From IMG/VR virus record IMGVR_UViG_3300031655_000011, positions 1 through 44,564 of that record: a DNA stretch of 44,564 nucleotides. One strand, written 5' to 3'. Source of the DNA: a virus (taxonomy: Duplodnaviria > Caudoviricetes). A program made the translations under genes and the position numbers. Under the pieces are notes generated by a model that saw nothing but the letters and a program-made list of their open reading frames with translations, searched no databases and was not told the origin of the DNA. This document shows positions 20,901-29,776 of this stretch, piece after piece. Position 1 is the stretch's first letter, and the number at the start of each line of letters is the position of its first letter.

Positions 20901-22509
20901 TCCAATGATTCAGAATTTTAGACACGCTTTTAACCGAGATGATGTGTACAAAAAGTATCTAGAGAATGATGGTGTTGTATCAACTATTGTGTCGCACATA
21001 AACTCTGATGAAATGTTTAAGACTTCTATAGACAAGATAGAGCGAGGTAAGGCAAGTCAGAAGTTTAAAAGAACTTGGAACAAATCTCTAGGGATATTAG
21101 GCAAGTTTGGTCATACAATGGAAATTGCCATGCGAATGACTGAAACTGATATGTTAGTTAAGACTGGCAAGTTTACACCAAAAGAAGCCGCACACGAATC
21201 TCTGCGAAGGTTAAACTACAACAGAAAAGGTCAGCTTATGACTATTGTTGACACGTTTATTCCATTTGCCAACGCACAAGCTCAGATACTAGCATCACAG
21301 TTTAGTGAGGTTAAAAACCGTAAAGCAATAAAAAGAACAGCTAGTACAATAGCACAACTTACAGCAGGTTTAACGATTACTAGGATTGCTATCGAAGAGA
21401 ACTTTCCGGGCTATATGAAAGACATACCATGGGAAACTAGAATGCGTTATTGGATTATCCCGACAGGAGCCAAAGAGATAGACCATAAGTCTAAGCAGAC
21501 AGAAAATACATACTTTAAGATAAAAAAGGCATATAATCCTTTATTTATGATAGTTAATGCAGGGCAAGAGATAGCTCTAGATTTGTATTACTATGGCAAA
21601 GATGGATTGCCACCTGGAGATACATTCCAACTTTGGTATGATGCACTTAAAGTTGCTAGCCCTGTTGAACTACAAAATAATATACCTCCTGTTATTAAAA
21701 TGATGTTGGCTTGGACTGCTAACTCAGACGCAAGTGGTAGAGATGTATATAAAGGTCCTACTGTGCAGGCACGTGATGAGATAAACACAGAGTTATACGG
21801 AGGTAAGCCAACACAAGGTGGGGCTATAGCATTGGGAAATATTACTGGACTTAGCCCGGCTAAACTAGAGCAATCTTATAACTCGTATGTGGCGCAAAAT
21901 CCTATAAGCTGGGTAGTTGGTAGTTTTATTGATACTCCTCAATACGCATCACAAAGTGCTATGTCTGAGATTCTTAAAACACCTGGACTGCGTACTATTA
22001 CTGGCAGAACTAATAAAAAATGGGCTGAGTATGAAGCGGGACTTATTGCACAAAAAGTAGCCGGATCTTCTGTGTATCATTCTTATCATAAGAAAATTTT
22101 GCCTTATTTGTCTCGATTTTATAAACGAGATATAGGGCGCAAAGAATTTGCAAATTCTATCAAAGGTTTAATAAAAGATGCAAAGCCGGCTGATAAGATT
22201 AAAATGGAAGCTATGATGTCGCGGGAGATTAAAAGTCATGCCTTTCTGGATGCTCTCTTGAAAAAGTTTCCTGGCGATGCAGGTAATGAAATAGTCTATG
22301 ATAATATACAAAATTATGCTTTCTGGACTGAACTGAACAAGATAAATGATCCTGAAGTTAGGGCTGAGTATTATTATGATAGGATGTGGGAGATAGATGA
22401 TCCTTTTTGGCAAAAACAATTTGGAAAAATGGCGGCAGTTAGGGGTCTATTTCAAGATAGATTCTTTGCGGCTGCATATCGAAAACTAAAAAGAAAAGGT
22501 GAACAATGA
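17995..22509 (+). CDS. Large internal virion protein with LPD38-like C-terminal region
   Basis: 1504 aa; LNYNRKG...IPFANAQ, IPWETRMRYWIIP and YFKIKKAY resemble LPD38-associated motifs. Confidence 0.7.
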   Translation: MKTSDFEQIPQTRPNTTPREQEMSAFERALLTESPQDDGPGWISRNWDRLAFKNAKPGDSMAQSLWKEGSEAGSSFMAGLARGGYTYATAAKNSAEYIADKAGLQFDAKENFLAAAQNKFQNMQMEPTTEEWEDQLFYLLGQLAPDVATLVAGGGILGAGLSLGVRAAGFSKSAAGIATILGRITGDVAINTTQVLAHEAAQAELDGREAEYGRAGKDALVMAALMSTTGRAAKAFGLSRKSTSILTGTTLGGATSLYYDDDDPAKGDAVVANGVLGAMFGLAIPQTSRVGSADIQAWVKLRKQAANVPKTITEWTQAYVKEFAPKTHEKVFEHEPKREEKLYRGHWNDAEHMSPKDEFLLFLSQASKKNVFGYSDANIMQLIAETSTDHQLGAYKLVTDPSNPTAPGGGRQQPFEIRTGTNKAMQLKEAKVLMDAMNETDSVWRKDHPSYESRVGQPDTSKAGPQYQTRLNLKKTKEGSKQRKEGILATDADKKNQKLQAHELSWKEYSALEGDTPQTKELHKKAVIDAGNKYDPAERGKKKSWPNKGALIEHELWDDFSYIHSRPKGGFKKQGAAETGRALANRTKETMQSNAQEAHDAVRKVLAENQPGWIDTVYKWLVDPGGRILNTLEERGMVPVRNALQLQSLKKGKVEQKLRELDEGLDFWRMSSDEDNTIASYIFLNAEVDNVKRLGHDPAVARNIEQRPEVIGPALAALREDAARLPGGWEGMQKKITMVENVFADMFEIMADAGLVGKKTYEILKDYKYVPMKTITEAMKKYQKYILQVQKKNGKLDVVDNAIHDLAQDASLKGKHTNLESLMKEHISTVYSLVAKNELFSEMVKIDSDLWTQKKPGKRLGESEDPDVNYTEHTYMKDGEPTPIWIENKISSLLDAKADAGFDPKMKAVLRFISGVQPIQVTAVAVNPVFAVATHPLDLWSIAQHHQSLPSVPTIIKDMYIHNSVTGAVPMIQNFRHAFNRDDVYKKYLENDGVVSTIVSHINSDEMFKTSIDKIERGKASQKFKRTWNKSLGILGKFGHTMEIAMRMTETDMLVKTGKFTPKEAAHESLRRLNYNRKGQLMTIVDTFIPFANAQAQILASQFSEVKNRKAIKRTASTIAQLTAGLTITRIAIEENFPGYMKDIPWETRMRYWIIPTGAKEIDHKSKQTENTYFKIKKAYNPLFMIVNAGQEIALDLYYYGKDGLPPGDTFQLWYDALKVASPVELQNNIPPVIKMMLAWTANSDASGRDVYKGPTVQARDEINTELYGGKPTQGGAIALGNITGLSPAKLEQSYNSYVAQNPISWVVGSFIDTPQYASQSAMSEILKTPGLRTITGRTNKKWAEYEAGLIAQKVAGSSVYHSYHKKILPYLSRFYKRDIGRKEFANSIKGLIKDAKPADKIKMEAMMSREIKSHAFLDALLKKFPGDAGNEIVYDNIQNYAFWTELNKINDPEVRAEYYYDRMWEIDDPFWQKQFGKMAAVRGLFQDRFFAAAYRKLKRKGEQ

Positions 22510-22934
22510 GTATAATGACTAACTACCTTGAAGAGAAGTTAATAGATCATCTCTTTAAGACAACGGCATACAGCCACAGTAGTCCATCTGCATGGTTTGT
22601 AGGATTACATACTGGAGCATTTGGTGAGAGTGGTTCAGGGGGAAATGAAGTTTCTACTGTTGGTACTACTTATGCTAGAGTATCAATTACTAGAGGTTCA
22701 GGTTTTACAAGAGCGTCTGCTTCGGATGTAAGAACTGTCGAAAATGCAAGTGTTATTACTTTTGGCGTTCCAAGTGCAAATTGGGGGCTAGTAACTCATG
22801 TAGGTATATGGGACTCAGCATCTGGGTCTACTAACTTAATTATAGAAGCCCAGCTTCAATTCTCTAAGACTATAAACAATGGTGATCCAGCTCCTAAGTT
22901 TAATGCTGGTGAACTTAAATTCACATTTGACTGA
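22506..22934 (+). CDS. Tail-associated structural protein
   Basis: NYLEEKLIDHLF, YARVSI, ANWGLVTHVGIWDS and KTINNGD motifs of a common phage tail family. Confidence 0.75.
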   Translation: MSIMTNYLEEKLIDHLFKTTAYSHSSPSAWFVGLHTGAFGESGSGGNEVSTVGTTYARVSITRGSGFTRASASDVRTVENASVITFGVPSANWGLVTHVGIWDSASGSTNLIIEAQLQFSKTINNGDPAPKFNAGELKFTFD

Positions 22935-22942
22935 GACTTAAT

Positions 22943-23548
22943 ATGGCAATACCTAGTCCACAACTCGCTACTGTTAGTGGGACTATTAGTGATCAACGCC
23001 TTGACATTGACGGAGCAGTTTGGCAACTCTCGACTAATAACAATGAAGCTGTAGTGCTTTATGGCATTACAAGTCATGCAGGAACTGCATATGAAATAGG
23101 GTATTTGAAGGAAAGGCCAGCGGCTCTTAACTTTTATGGAGGTAATTCGGCTCCTGCTGTTTCAAATGAGACGGCTGTAACTACTCTTGGCGCACTTGGC
23201 TCAAATAAGTTTTACATAGATTATGACAGAGCTTTTATACTATTTCCTAATGGTCATAACACCCCTGTAAATGTAACATACAAGGGAATGGGTTCTATCC
23301 AGAAGGCTAAGGATATTAACACTGCTATTGGTATTGCTGAGAAGTATCAAGTACATAGTTTTAGCTCAGATCCTACAACTAATGGAGGTGGTCACGCAAT
23401 AGCTGAAGGGGATCTAGCTTTTGATTCAACTGCAAATAAGTTAAAAGTTTATAATGGTTCTGCTTGGGTGATTGCTGTTCTAAGCACCGCAGACGTAACA
23501 ACAATAGCATCTAACGAAGCTGTCGCCATGAGTATTGCACTCGGGTGA
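22943..23548 (+). CDS. Tail fibre adapter protein (putative)
   Basis: EGDLAFDSTANKLKVYNGSAW; C-terminal AVAMSIALG. Confidence 0.7.
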   Translation: MAIPSPQLATVSGTISDQRLDIDGAVWQLSTNNNEAVVLYGITSHAGTAYEIGYLKERPAALNFYGGNSAPAVSNETAVTTLGALGSNKFYIDYDRAFILFPNGHNTPVNVTYKGMGSIQKAKDINTAIGIAEKYQVHSFSSDPTTNGGGHAIAEGDLAFDSTANKLKVYNGSAWVIAVLSTADVTTIASNEAVAMSIALG

Positions 23549-23571
23549 TTAATTAATAATAAAGGATAAAT

Positions 23572-23907
23572 ATGGCAAACGCATTTAAGAACGTAGTATT
23601 TAATGCTAATCTAGCCGCTAATACAGATAGTGGCGCTTTAGCAACTGTAGGTAACTCGACGCAAACTACTATAATAGGGATGACAATAGCCAATATTACA
23701 AGTGGTGTAATAAGTGTTGGAGTTAAATTAGTAAGTGGTGGGGCAGATACATGGATAGTTAAAGACGCACCAATTCCTACTGGTGGAAGTTTGGTAGTAG
23801 TTGGAGGGGATCAAAAGGTTGTCTTAGAAACTTCTGATGCCATAAAGATTCGTAGCAATACTGCTAATTCTATAAATGCTGTACTATCTTATTTGGAGAT
23901 TACTTAA
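23572..23907 (+). CDS. Small tail beta-sandwich protein
   Basis: MANAFKN...IVKDAPIPTGGSL...QKVVLE...SYLEIT; usual partner of ...AIALG proteins. Confidence 0.75.
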   Translation: MANAFKNVVFNANLAANTDSGALATVGNSTQTTIIGMTIANITSGVISVGVKLVSGGADTWIVKDAPIPTGGSLVVVGGDQKVVLETSDAIKIRSNTANSINAVLSYLEIT

Positions 23908-23908
23908 T

Positions 23909-25090
23909 ATGGCAAGTCTTGGAAGATCACCAGCATCAGCTCCGTTAACTTCCGCAGACATTCCGGCAGGAAGCGTTAGTGCAGTTAAAGTAGCTTCAGA
24001 CGTTGCTACGCAAGCAGAAATTGATTTAAAAGCACCTTTAGCAAATCCTACATTTACAGGGGCAGTGTTAGGGACACCATTGAGTCACAGGAACATGATT
24101 ATTAACGGTGGTATGCAAGTTAGTCAAAGGAATGGGACTTCTTCTTTTGCATTAACTAATGGTAAATTTGGTACTGATCGGTGGAAATATAATGGGGATT
24201 CTTCAAGACTTACTGCACAACAAGTTGCAGATGCTCCTGCTGGCTTTCATTATTCGCTTAAACTAGCTTCTGTTGGCAATAATAGTCCCGGCTCTACTGC
24301 TGGTTCTGGTATGTGGATGCAACTAGAAGGTGATGATGTTACAAGGTTATCGTATGGAACTAATTCTGCAAAAACTGTTACATTATCATTTTATGTTAAA
24401 TCAAGCATAGCTGGAAATTTTGGAGGAGCGTTTTCTAATGGTGCTATGAATAGAGCATACCCTTTTACGTTTCCAGTAACTACATCTTGGAATCGTGTAT
24501 CAATTACAATAGCTGGTGATACAACAGGGACTTGGATTACGTCAGGGACTGGTTACGGATTAAGAGTTATTTTAAACAGTGCATCTGGTTCTAATTTTAA
24601 CGGAAGTAACGCTGGAGCTTGGGTAGGTGCAGACAGAAGAGATGTATCTGGTACTGTTCAGTTAGAGGCCACCAATGGAGCAACTTTAAATATCACAGGT
24701 GCCCAACTAGAAGAAGGTTCTGTTGCAACTCCATTTGAACATCGAAGTTTTGGAGATGAGTTAACAAGGTGTCAGAGGTATTATCAAATTGTACCTGCTG
24801 GAATGCACGGATTACCGGGCTTTGCGGCAAATTCCACAACAATGAAAATAACTTATCCACTTGCAGTACCTTTAAGGGTAACACCAACAACATCAATAAT
24901 GGGGGCAGGGTCTGCGTTTGCTGTTGGTGCAGCGCGCGCATATGGTTCTGGCGCACCTACAATTGGTAAGTACGACCCACATATTTGTATTATTGGAATA
25001 AATAAGGTGGGGTTTACTGGTTTAAATAGTAATACATTTTATTCATTTTATACTGGATCAACTGGTACAACCTTAGACTCAGAGTTATAA
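23909..25090 (+). CDS. Tail fibre / receptor-binding protein with carbohydrate-binding-like domain
   Basis: HRNMIINGGMQVSQR, TLSFYVKS, QLEEGSVATPFEHR...ELTRCQRYY; likely start ATG 23909. Confidence 0.8.
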   Translation: MASLGRSPASAPLTSADIPAGSVSAVKVASDVATQAEIDLKAPLANPTFTGAVLGTPLSHRNMIINGGMQVSQRNGTSSFALTNGKFGTDRWKYNGDSSRLTAQQVADAPAGFHYSLKLASVGNNSPGSTAGSGMWMQLEGDDVTRLSYGTNSAKTVTLSFYVKSSIAGNFGGAFSNGAMNRAYPFTFPVTTSWNRVSITIAGDTTGTWITSGTGYGLRVILNSASGSNFNGSNAGAWVGADRRDVSGTVQLEATNGATLNITGAQLEEGSVATPFEHRSFGDELTRCQRYYQIVPAGMHGLPGFAANSTTMKITYPLAVPLRVTPTTSIMGAGSAFAVGAARAYGSGAPTIGKYDPHICIIGINKVGFTGLNSNTFYSFYTGSTGTTLDSEL

Positions 25091-25245
25091 TGTATAAATT
25101 AATAGAAGAAGATGAAATTGTAATTTCTGTAACTAGACTTTCTGATAAATCTTGTATTCCTCTGGATATAGGTAACAGAGACTACCAAGAATACCTAACA
25201 TGGGTTGCAGAAGGTAACACAGCAGAACCAGCCGATACTGAATGA
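25090..25245 (+). CDS. 51-aa tail-fibre chaperone-like protein (not in ORF track)
   Basis: MYKLIEEDEIVISVTRLSDKSCIPLDIGNRDYQEYLTWVAEGNTAEPADTE; TAATG coupling. Confidence 0.75.
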   Translation: MYKLIEEDEIVISVTRLSDKSCIPLDIGNRDYQEYLTWVAEGNTAEPADTE

Positions 25246-25278
25246 ACACACAGGTCAAAACCTTAACTAACTAAAATT

Positions 25279-25695
25279 ATGGCATATTTAGGACAAGAAC
25301 CCGGTCAGGGTCAGGCAGAGAGGTTTCTCTTCACTGCAACTGGTGCTGGCACAACAGTCACAAATGATGATGATGGCAGAACGATTGGATATACTCTGTA
25401 CCAAGTCTCAGTGTATTTAAATGGTGTCAAGCAGGTTATTGGCGCTGGTAAAGACGTAGTGGCCTCTAATGGAAGCACGATAGTATTTGCTTCTGCTTAT
25501 GCCTCAGGCGATGTTATAGAAATTATAGCCTTGTCTGCATTTAGTCCTAGTGATACTGTATCTGCAAGCGGCGGTACGTTTGCCGGAAGTGTTATTGCAG
25601 GAGGTGGCTTAGAAACAGACATCAATTCAAAAGTAAAGCAAAAAGGAGCATTCATGCAATCAAGTACACATCAAGCACTTACATTAGGAGCATAA
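25279..25695 (+). CDS. Tail fibre protein (putative)
   Basis: MAYLGQEP, VYLNGVKQ and SGDVIEII motifs; C-terminal HQALTLGA. Confidence 0.75.
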   Translation: MAYLGQEPGQGQAERFLFTATGAGTTVTNDDDGRTIGYTLYQVSVYLNGVKQVIGAGKDVVASNGSTIVFASAYASGDVIEIIALSAFSPSDTVSASGGTFAGSVIAGGGLETDINSKVKQKGAFMQSSTHQALTLGA

Positions 25696-25696
25696 A

Positions 25697-26056
25697 ATGG
25701 CAATACCATCAGGACCAGGAACAGAGGTAATTAAATCTACACAAATAATTGCATTAACAAATAGTGTGCAGACGTTAATAACAGGAGTAGCAAATCATAT
25801 TTATACTGTTCTTAGTATTATTGTGTGTGAAGCAGGTGATCAAGCAGGTGATCAAATTAACATTTATTTAACTGATTCAAATGGATCATCAAATCCTGCT
25901 TATATAGTTAGGAGTCAATCGGTAGGTGTAGCTGAAACATTTGTATTTAATGACAAATTTTCTTATACAGGCGGTACTCAAAAACTACAAATCATAGTAA
26001 AAACAACAGGCAATATGGATGTCCGTTGCACTTACATTGACCAAGATTGGAGTTAA
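25697..26056 (+). CDS. Small tail beta-sandwich protein
   Basis: HIYTVLSIIVCE, ETFVFNDKF, TYIDQDW; resembles 23572-23907. Confidence 0.7.
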   Translation: MAIPSGPGTEVIKSTQIIALTNSVQTLITGVANHIYTVLSIIVCEAGDQAGDQINIYLTDSNGSSNPAYIVRSQSVGVAETFVFNDKFSYTGGTQKLQIIVKTTGNMDVRCTYIDQDWS

Positions 26057-26059
26057 ACT

Positions 26060-26566
26060 ATGTCAGGAATAATAGGAAATGAAGGAAGCAGGTCAGGTGT
26101 AATTGGACCTCCGAAAGGTCGTATAGTTCAGACAATAAAAACTATATCGACTGCTCAAATCACATTTTCATCAAACAACAATACATTTTCAGATATACTT
26201 CCGTCTGCATCTATTTACTTAAAAAATTCTGCTAATGCAGTTTTGATTTCTTGCGACTATAATTTTTCAGTAGGTACGGGGAATTATCCTGCTATTAAAG
26301 TACAATTATGGTTGTCAATCGGTGGCGGTGCTCAGAATGCACTAGTGACGCATTTTACTGCATACTCAGCAAATTCTAATACTAATGAAATGGCATTTGA
26401 GCCTATATTACATTATCATCTTCCTGCAACTTCTGCCCAATTAACATATAGATTGGTGGGATCAAATACATCAGGTTCAACTTACACTGGCACATACGAT
26501 GGTCATTCTAATCCAACGTGGGCAGGTCACAAATCTAGTATGATATTACAGGAGATACAAGTATGA
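26060..26566 (+). CDS. Putative tail adhesin/tip domain
   Basis: GRIVQTI start; SMILQEIQ end. Confidence 0.65.
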   Translation: MSGIIGNEGSRSGVIGPPKGRIVQTIKTISTAQITFSSNNNTFSDILPSASIYLKNSANAVLISCDYNFSVGTGNYPAIKVQLWLSIGGGAQNALVTHFTAYSANSNTNEMAFEPILHYHLPATSAQLTYRLVGSNTSGSTYTGTYDGHSNPTWAGHKSSMILQEIQV

Positions 26567-26883
26567 CTGACATTAACTACCCAACAGCCTCAAATGCAGT
26601 AATTAGTTTAGTTCCAAATCATTCTGGTTTTAATATAGAAGATGAGAAAATTATTGCTTGGAATACTGCTGACGAAAAAACAGGAGTGGTTCAACCTACT
26701 CAAGCAGAAATAGATGCTGAATTAGTTAAGTTACGAGCTGAATTCGATGCTTTAGCTTATGCTAGGTCAAGGCAAGCAGAATACCCAGATTATGCTAGAC
26801 AATTCGATATTTTATACCACTCAGGAGTCGCTGGATTAAAAGCTGAGTTGAAGAAAACTAAAGATAAATTTCCAAAAGGATAA
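26563..26883 (+). CDS. XkdW-like tail chaperone (putative)
   Basis: QPTQAEIDAEL...YARSRQAEYP...KDKFPK. Confidence 0.7.
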   Translation: MTDINYPTASNAVISLVPNHSGFNIEDEKIIAWNTADEKTGVVQPTQAEIDAELVKLRAEFDALAYARSRQAEYPDYARQFDILYHSGVAGLKAELKKTKDKFPKG

Positions 26884-26886
26884 CAA

Positions 26887-27477
26887 ATGACACGAGCAAG
26901 AGAAAATGCAGACATCCATGACGGCAGTACAGCTATTACTACTGTAGGGACTGTAACGGCAGGGAACCTGAGCAATGCTAGTATTGTTTATCCGAGCGGT
27001 CATGTTATAAATTACTGGGCAGTTGTTCGTACAACTGACGGAACAGGCAGAAGTCAAACAGTAGAAACACCATACGCCACCGTAAACTTAGGAGGTCTTT
27101 TACAAATTGGTGGAATTACAGCAACTGAAGGAAATAAATTTAGAGCAACATTTGGTGGTTGGGCGCATAACACCCACGCAGATAACACCTATTCAAGTTT
27201 ATATCGGATACATGACGGAGCTAATAGATTAGCTGGTTATGAGTTTTATTATGATACAAATGATCAAAGTGCTCAAATGAATGCACCAATAAGTTTAACA
27301 TCTGTATTTCAAGTTCCAGCAAATTTCACTAATAAGACTGTATATGTACAAGTTGCTAGACAAGCCAGCCACCCTGCCGGAACTTACTTGCAAGCAAGAT
27401 GTTTAACTGGTTCGCCAAACTCTTCAAGCAGTTGTAATACTTTCCCCTTTTTTGAGTTAATAGAAATAAAGGCATAA
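26887..27477 (+). CDS. Putative tail adhesin/tip domain
   Basis: MTRARENAD, YPSGHVI, C-terminal FELIEIKA. Confidence 0.65.
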   Translation: MTRARENADIHDGSTAITTVGTVTAGNLSNASIVYPSGHVINYWAVVRTTDGTGRSQTVETPYATVNLGGLLQIGGITATEGNKFRATFGGWAHNTHADNTYSSLYRIHDGANRLAGYEFYYDTNDQSAQMNAPISLTSVFQVPANFTNKTVYVQVARQASHPAGTYLQARCLTGSPNSSSSCNTFPFFELIEIKA

Positions 27478-27774
27478 ATGAAAAACCCAACAAAGTTTGA
27501 TGCAATTGTAAGTTTAGCAGGAGGTTCAATTTCTGGAGCAGTTGACGGCACTGATATTACATATAATTCAGGACAGACACCACCGACTCAAGCTGAAATT
27601 GAGTCTAAATTTTTAGAACTCACAGCAGAATTTGATGCTCAAGAATACGCCAGAAAACGACAAGCAGAGTACCCTACAATCGCAGAGTTGACAATAGCGT
27701 TATATGACGCATCCGATAAAGAAGCATTGGTGGCGAAACGTAATGCAGTAAAGCTAAAGTATCCAAAACCGTAA
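27478..27774 (+). CDS. XkdW-like tail chaperone, paralog of 26563-26883
   Basis: PPTQAEIE...YARKRQAEYP...VKLKYPKP. Confidence 0.7.
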   Translation: MKNPTKFDAIVSLAGGSISGAVDGTDITYNSGQTPPTQAEIESKFLELTAEFDAQEYARKRQAEYPTIAELTIALYDASDKEALVAKRNAVKLKYPKP

Positions 27775-27777
27775 TGA

Positions 27778-28047
27778 ATGAAAGTTCACAGAACATTATT
27801 TGGAGGAGGTGGTAATGCCAGGGAGAATAGAAAGCTTCTTAACTTCTGGGCTAGGTTTATCATCAGTACGGCAAACTCTGTCACGTTCCTTGCGATACTA
27901 TACCTTCTGTTTTTTGCAGAGGTTAAAGACTCATCAAGAGACTTGGTTAATATTTTACTTGGCGCGTATGTCGCAGTTCTTGCCAAGTCAACCGACTACT
28001 GGTTCAAGGATAAAAGGGATCCTGAACATGATGAAGAAGATACTTAA
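27778..28047 (+). CDS. Two-TM membrane protein, holin candidate
   Basis: Two hydrophobic segments, charged C-terminus, in lysis region. Confidence 0.55.
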   Translation: MKVHRTLFGGGGNARENRKLLNFWARFIISTANSVTFLAILYLLFFAEVKDSSRDLVNILLGAYVAVLAKSTDYWFKDKRDPEHDEEDT

Positions 28048-28065
28048 ACTAATAAAAAGGAAACC

Positions 28066-28341
28066 ATGCCAACCAAAAACAACATAGAAGCAATTGCAGA
28101 GCATCATCTAGTAAAGATACTTACACCGTTGCTATTAACTTTAGTAATAGGAAGTGTTACTTTTCTATTTAGCAGTATTATTGATTTAAAGAATGAAATG
28201 GTATTAATAGAATCTAAGAAAGATACCATTGAAGAGAAGATAGATGATTTAGATGACGATATGAAATCTGTACGAGAAATGGTAACTGATCTGCGTATTA
28301 ATTCTGGACGTGAGCGTCGAGAGGATTTAAAGAAATATTAA
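28066..28341 (+). CDS. Single-TM coiled-coil protein (holin/i-spanin-like)
   Basis: ILTPLLLTLVIGSVTFLFSSII followed by heptads. Confidence 0.55.
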   Translation: MPTKNNIEAIAEHHLVKILTPLLLTLVIGSVTFLFSSIIDLKNEMVLIESKKDTIEEKIDDLDDDMKSVREMVTDLRINSGRERREDLKKY

Positions 28342-28352
28342 TGGAGAAAAGA

Positions 28353-28514
28353 ATGTCAGTAAACAATATCTTGCTAGTGTTTGGTTCATTATACATTAGT
28401 TCTACGGCATGGCTTATGATTACAGTTAGTGATCTGTTAGGTGATGTTAAAGTTATAAGATTTCAAGTGGCTCAGAATAGCCAAGACCTTAAAGATTTAA
28501 AGGCAAGAGAATGA
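28353..28514 (+). CDS. 53-aa single-TM protein (not in ORF track)
   Basis: MSVNNILLVFGSLYISSTAWLMITVSDLLGDVKVIRFQVAQNSQDLKDLKARE; GGAG RBS. Confidence 0.55.
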   Translation: MSVNNILLVFGSLYISSTAWLMITVSDLLGDVKVIRFQVAQNSQDLKDLKARE

Positions 28515-28648
28515 GAATACTTATACTAGTTATATTTTTAGGAGGATGTTCTATGGACAAAAGAGATCTACGCTTAGGTGTATGGAAGACAGGATCTGAA
28601 TGGCAGTGTGTTGAAAAAGAACAGCCTTATAGAAATAGAGACTGCTAA
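28511..28648 (+). CDS. 45-aa lipoprotein, o-spanin candidate (not in ORF track)
   Basis: MRILILVIFLGGC lipobox; two further Cys; ATGA overlap. Confidence 0.6.
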   Translation: MRILILVIFLGGCSMDKRDLRLGVWKTGSEWQCVEKEQPYRNRDC

Positions 28649-28720
28649 TGAGTCAGCAGGAAAAAGATCATTTAGATCGACTCAAAGAATTACACGAACA
28701 ATATAAAAAAAGGAGATAAT

Positions 28721-28900
28721 ATGCCGTTCATAATTGCAGGAGTAGTTAAATCTATGGCTTTTAGTATGCTGGGAAACAGCGGAGTTATAGAGAAAGTAAT
28801 CGTTTTGTTGTTAGAAACATTGGCTAAGAAAACAGATTCCGATGTAGATGACAAATTGGTTAAGCTACTTAAAAAATCATTGGAAAAGAAAACTGCTTAG
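28721..28900 (+). CDS. 59-aa small protein (not in ORF track)
   Basis: AGGAG RBS; LLETLAKKTDSDVDDKLV motif of small lysis-region phage proteins. Confidence 0.7.
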   Translation: MPFIIAGVVKSMAFSMLGNSGVIEKVIVLLLETLAKKTDSDVDDKLVKLLKKSLEKKTA

Positions 28901-28974
28901 TTAGCAGTTTAACTTTACCCATGTGGGTTGGCACGAGAAGACAATTCAATGGGCTAATTATAGGAGGAATAGCT

Positions 28975-29358
28975 ATGATGATTACTAAGAATTTTAGTGT
29001 CGCAGAAATGGAGTGTAAGTGTGGTTGCGGGGCTTCTGATATGGATGAAGAGTTTATGAGACAGCTACAGGGTATTCGTGATGAAATGCAGAGGCCTCTT
29101 ACTGTGACAAGTGCTGTAAGATGTGAGTCTCATAATAGCAATGTGTCATCTACAGGTAAGACTGGACCTCATACTAAAAGAAAAGCTGTAGATTTAGTTA
29201 TCTCTGGCGCTGATGCCCTGAGACTCTATGACATAGCGAGAAAGCATGGAATGTCTGGCATTGGTCTATCGCAAAAAGGGCCACATAACAAACGGTTTAT
29301 ACACATAGATGCACTGTCTCCTGCTGAAGGGCCGAGACCTACTGTATGGACATACTGA
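28975..29358 (+). CDS. Peptidase M15 (D-Ala-D-Ala carboxypeptidase-like) endolysin
   Basis: NFSVAEMECKCGCG, SAVRC..HN, H.....AVD, FIHID; AGGAGG RBS supports start 28975. Confidence 0.9.
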   Translation: MMITKNFSVAEMECKCGCGASDMDEEFMRQLQGIRDEMQRPLTVTSAVRCESHNSNVSSTGKTGPHTKRKAVDLVISGADALRLYDIARKHGMSGIGLSQKGPHNKRFIHIDALSPAEGPRPTVWTY

Positions 29359-29359
29359 T

Positions 29360-29776
29360 ATGGCTTTAATGTACGCAGATGGTGCTATGTTCCTAGGTAA
29401 TGGGACTGGCACTAATGAGCAGACTTCTCTTATTGGGACTACGATAAGAACATTTGTCTCTATTTTGGCTGAGTCAAATTTACTGACAGCGTTAGCTAAT
29501 AATAATACTGTATTAACAACTGAAATTACTTTTGCATCTATAGCAGGATCTGCTGATATACTGGCTAATAACAGCACAGTGCTAACTACAGAAATACTTG
29601 GAAAAGTTCTTGCTATTGATAATGTAGCTAGTATCTTAGCGGCAAGAACATTATTAACTATATCTATTACTGCGGCACTTGATGAACCGGCTATCAAAGA
29701 CATTACACCGGCATTATCTATTATTGATTCTACTGATACATATGTGGAGTCGCGAATTGAAACAGAGGTTTTATAA
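29360..29776 (+). CDS. Hypothetical A/T/I/L-rich structural-like protein
   Basis: Internal duplication LANN(N/S)TVLTTEI; TAATG-coupled to next gene. Confidence 0.6.
   Translation: MALMYADGAMFLGNGTGTNEQTSLIGTTIRTFVSILAESNLLTALANNNTVLTTEITFASIAGSADILANNSTVLTTEILGKVLAIDNVASILAARTLLTISITAALDEPAIKDITPALSIIDSTDTYVESRIETEVL

Noticed and set aside
26060-27774. Diversity-generating retroelement or invertible tail cassette
   Set aside because: No reverse transcriptase or recombinase; paralogs differ at all base types rather than at adenines
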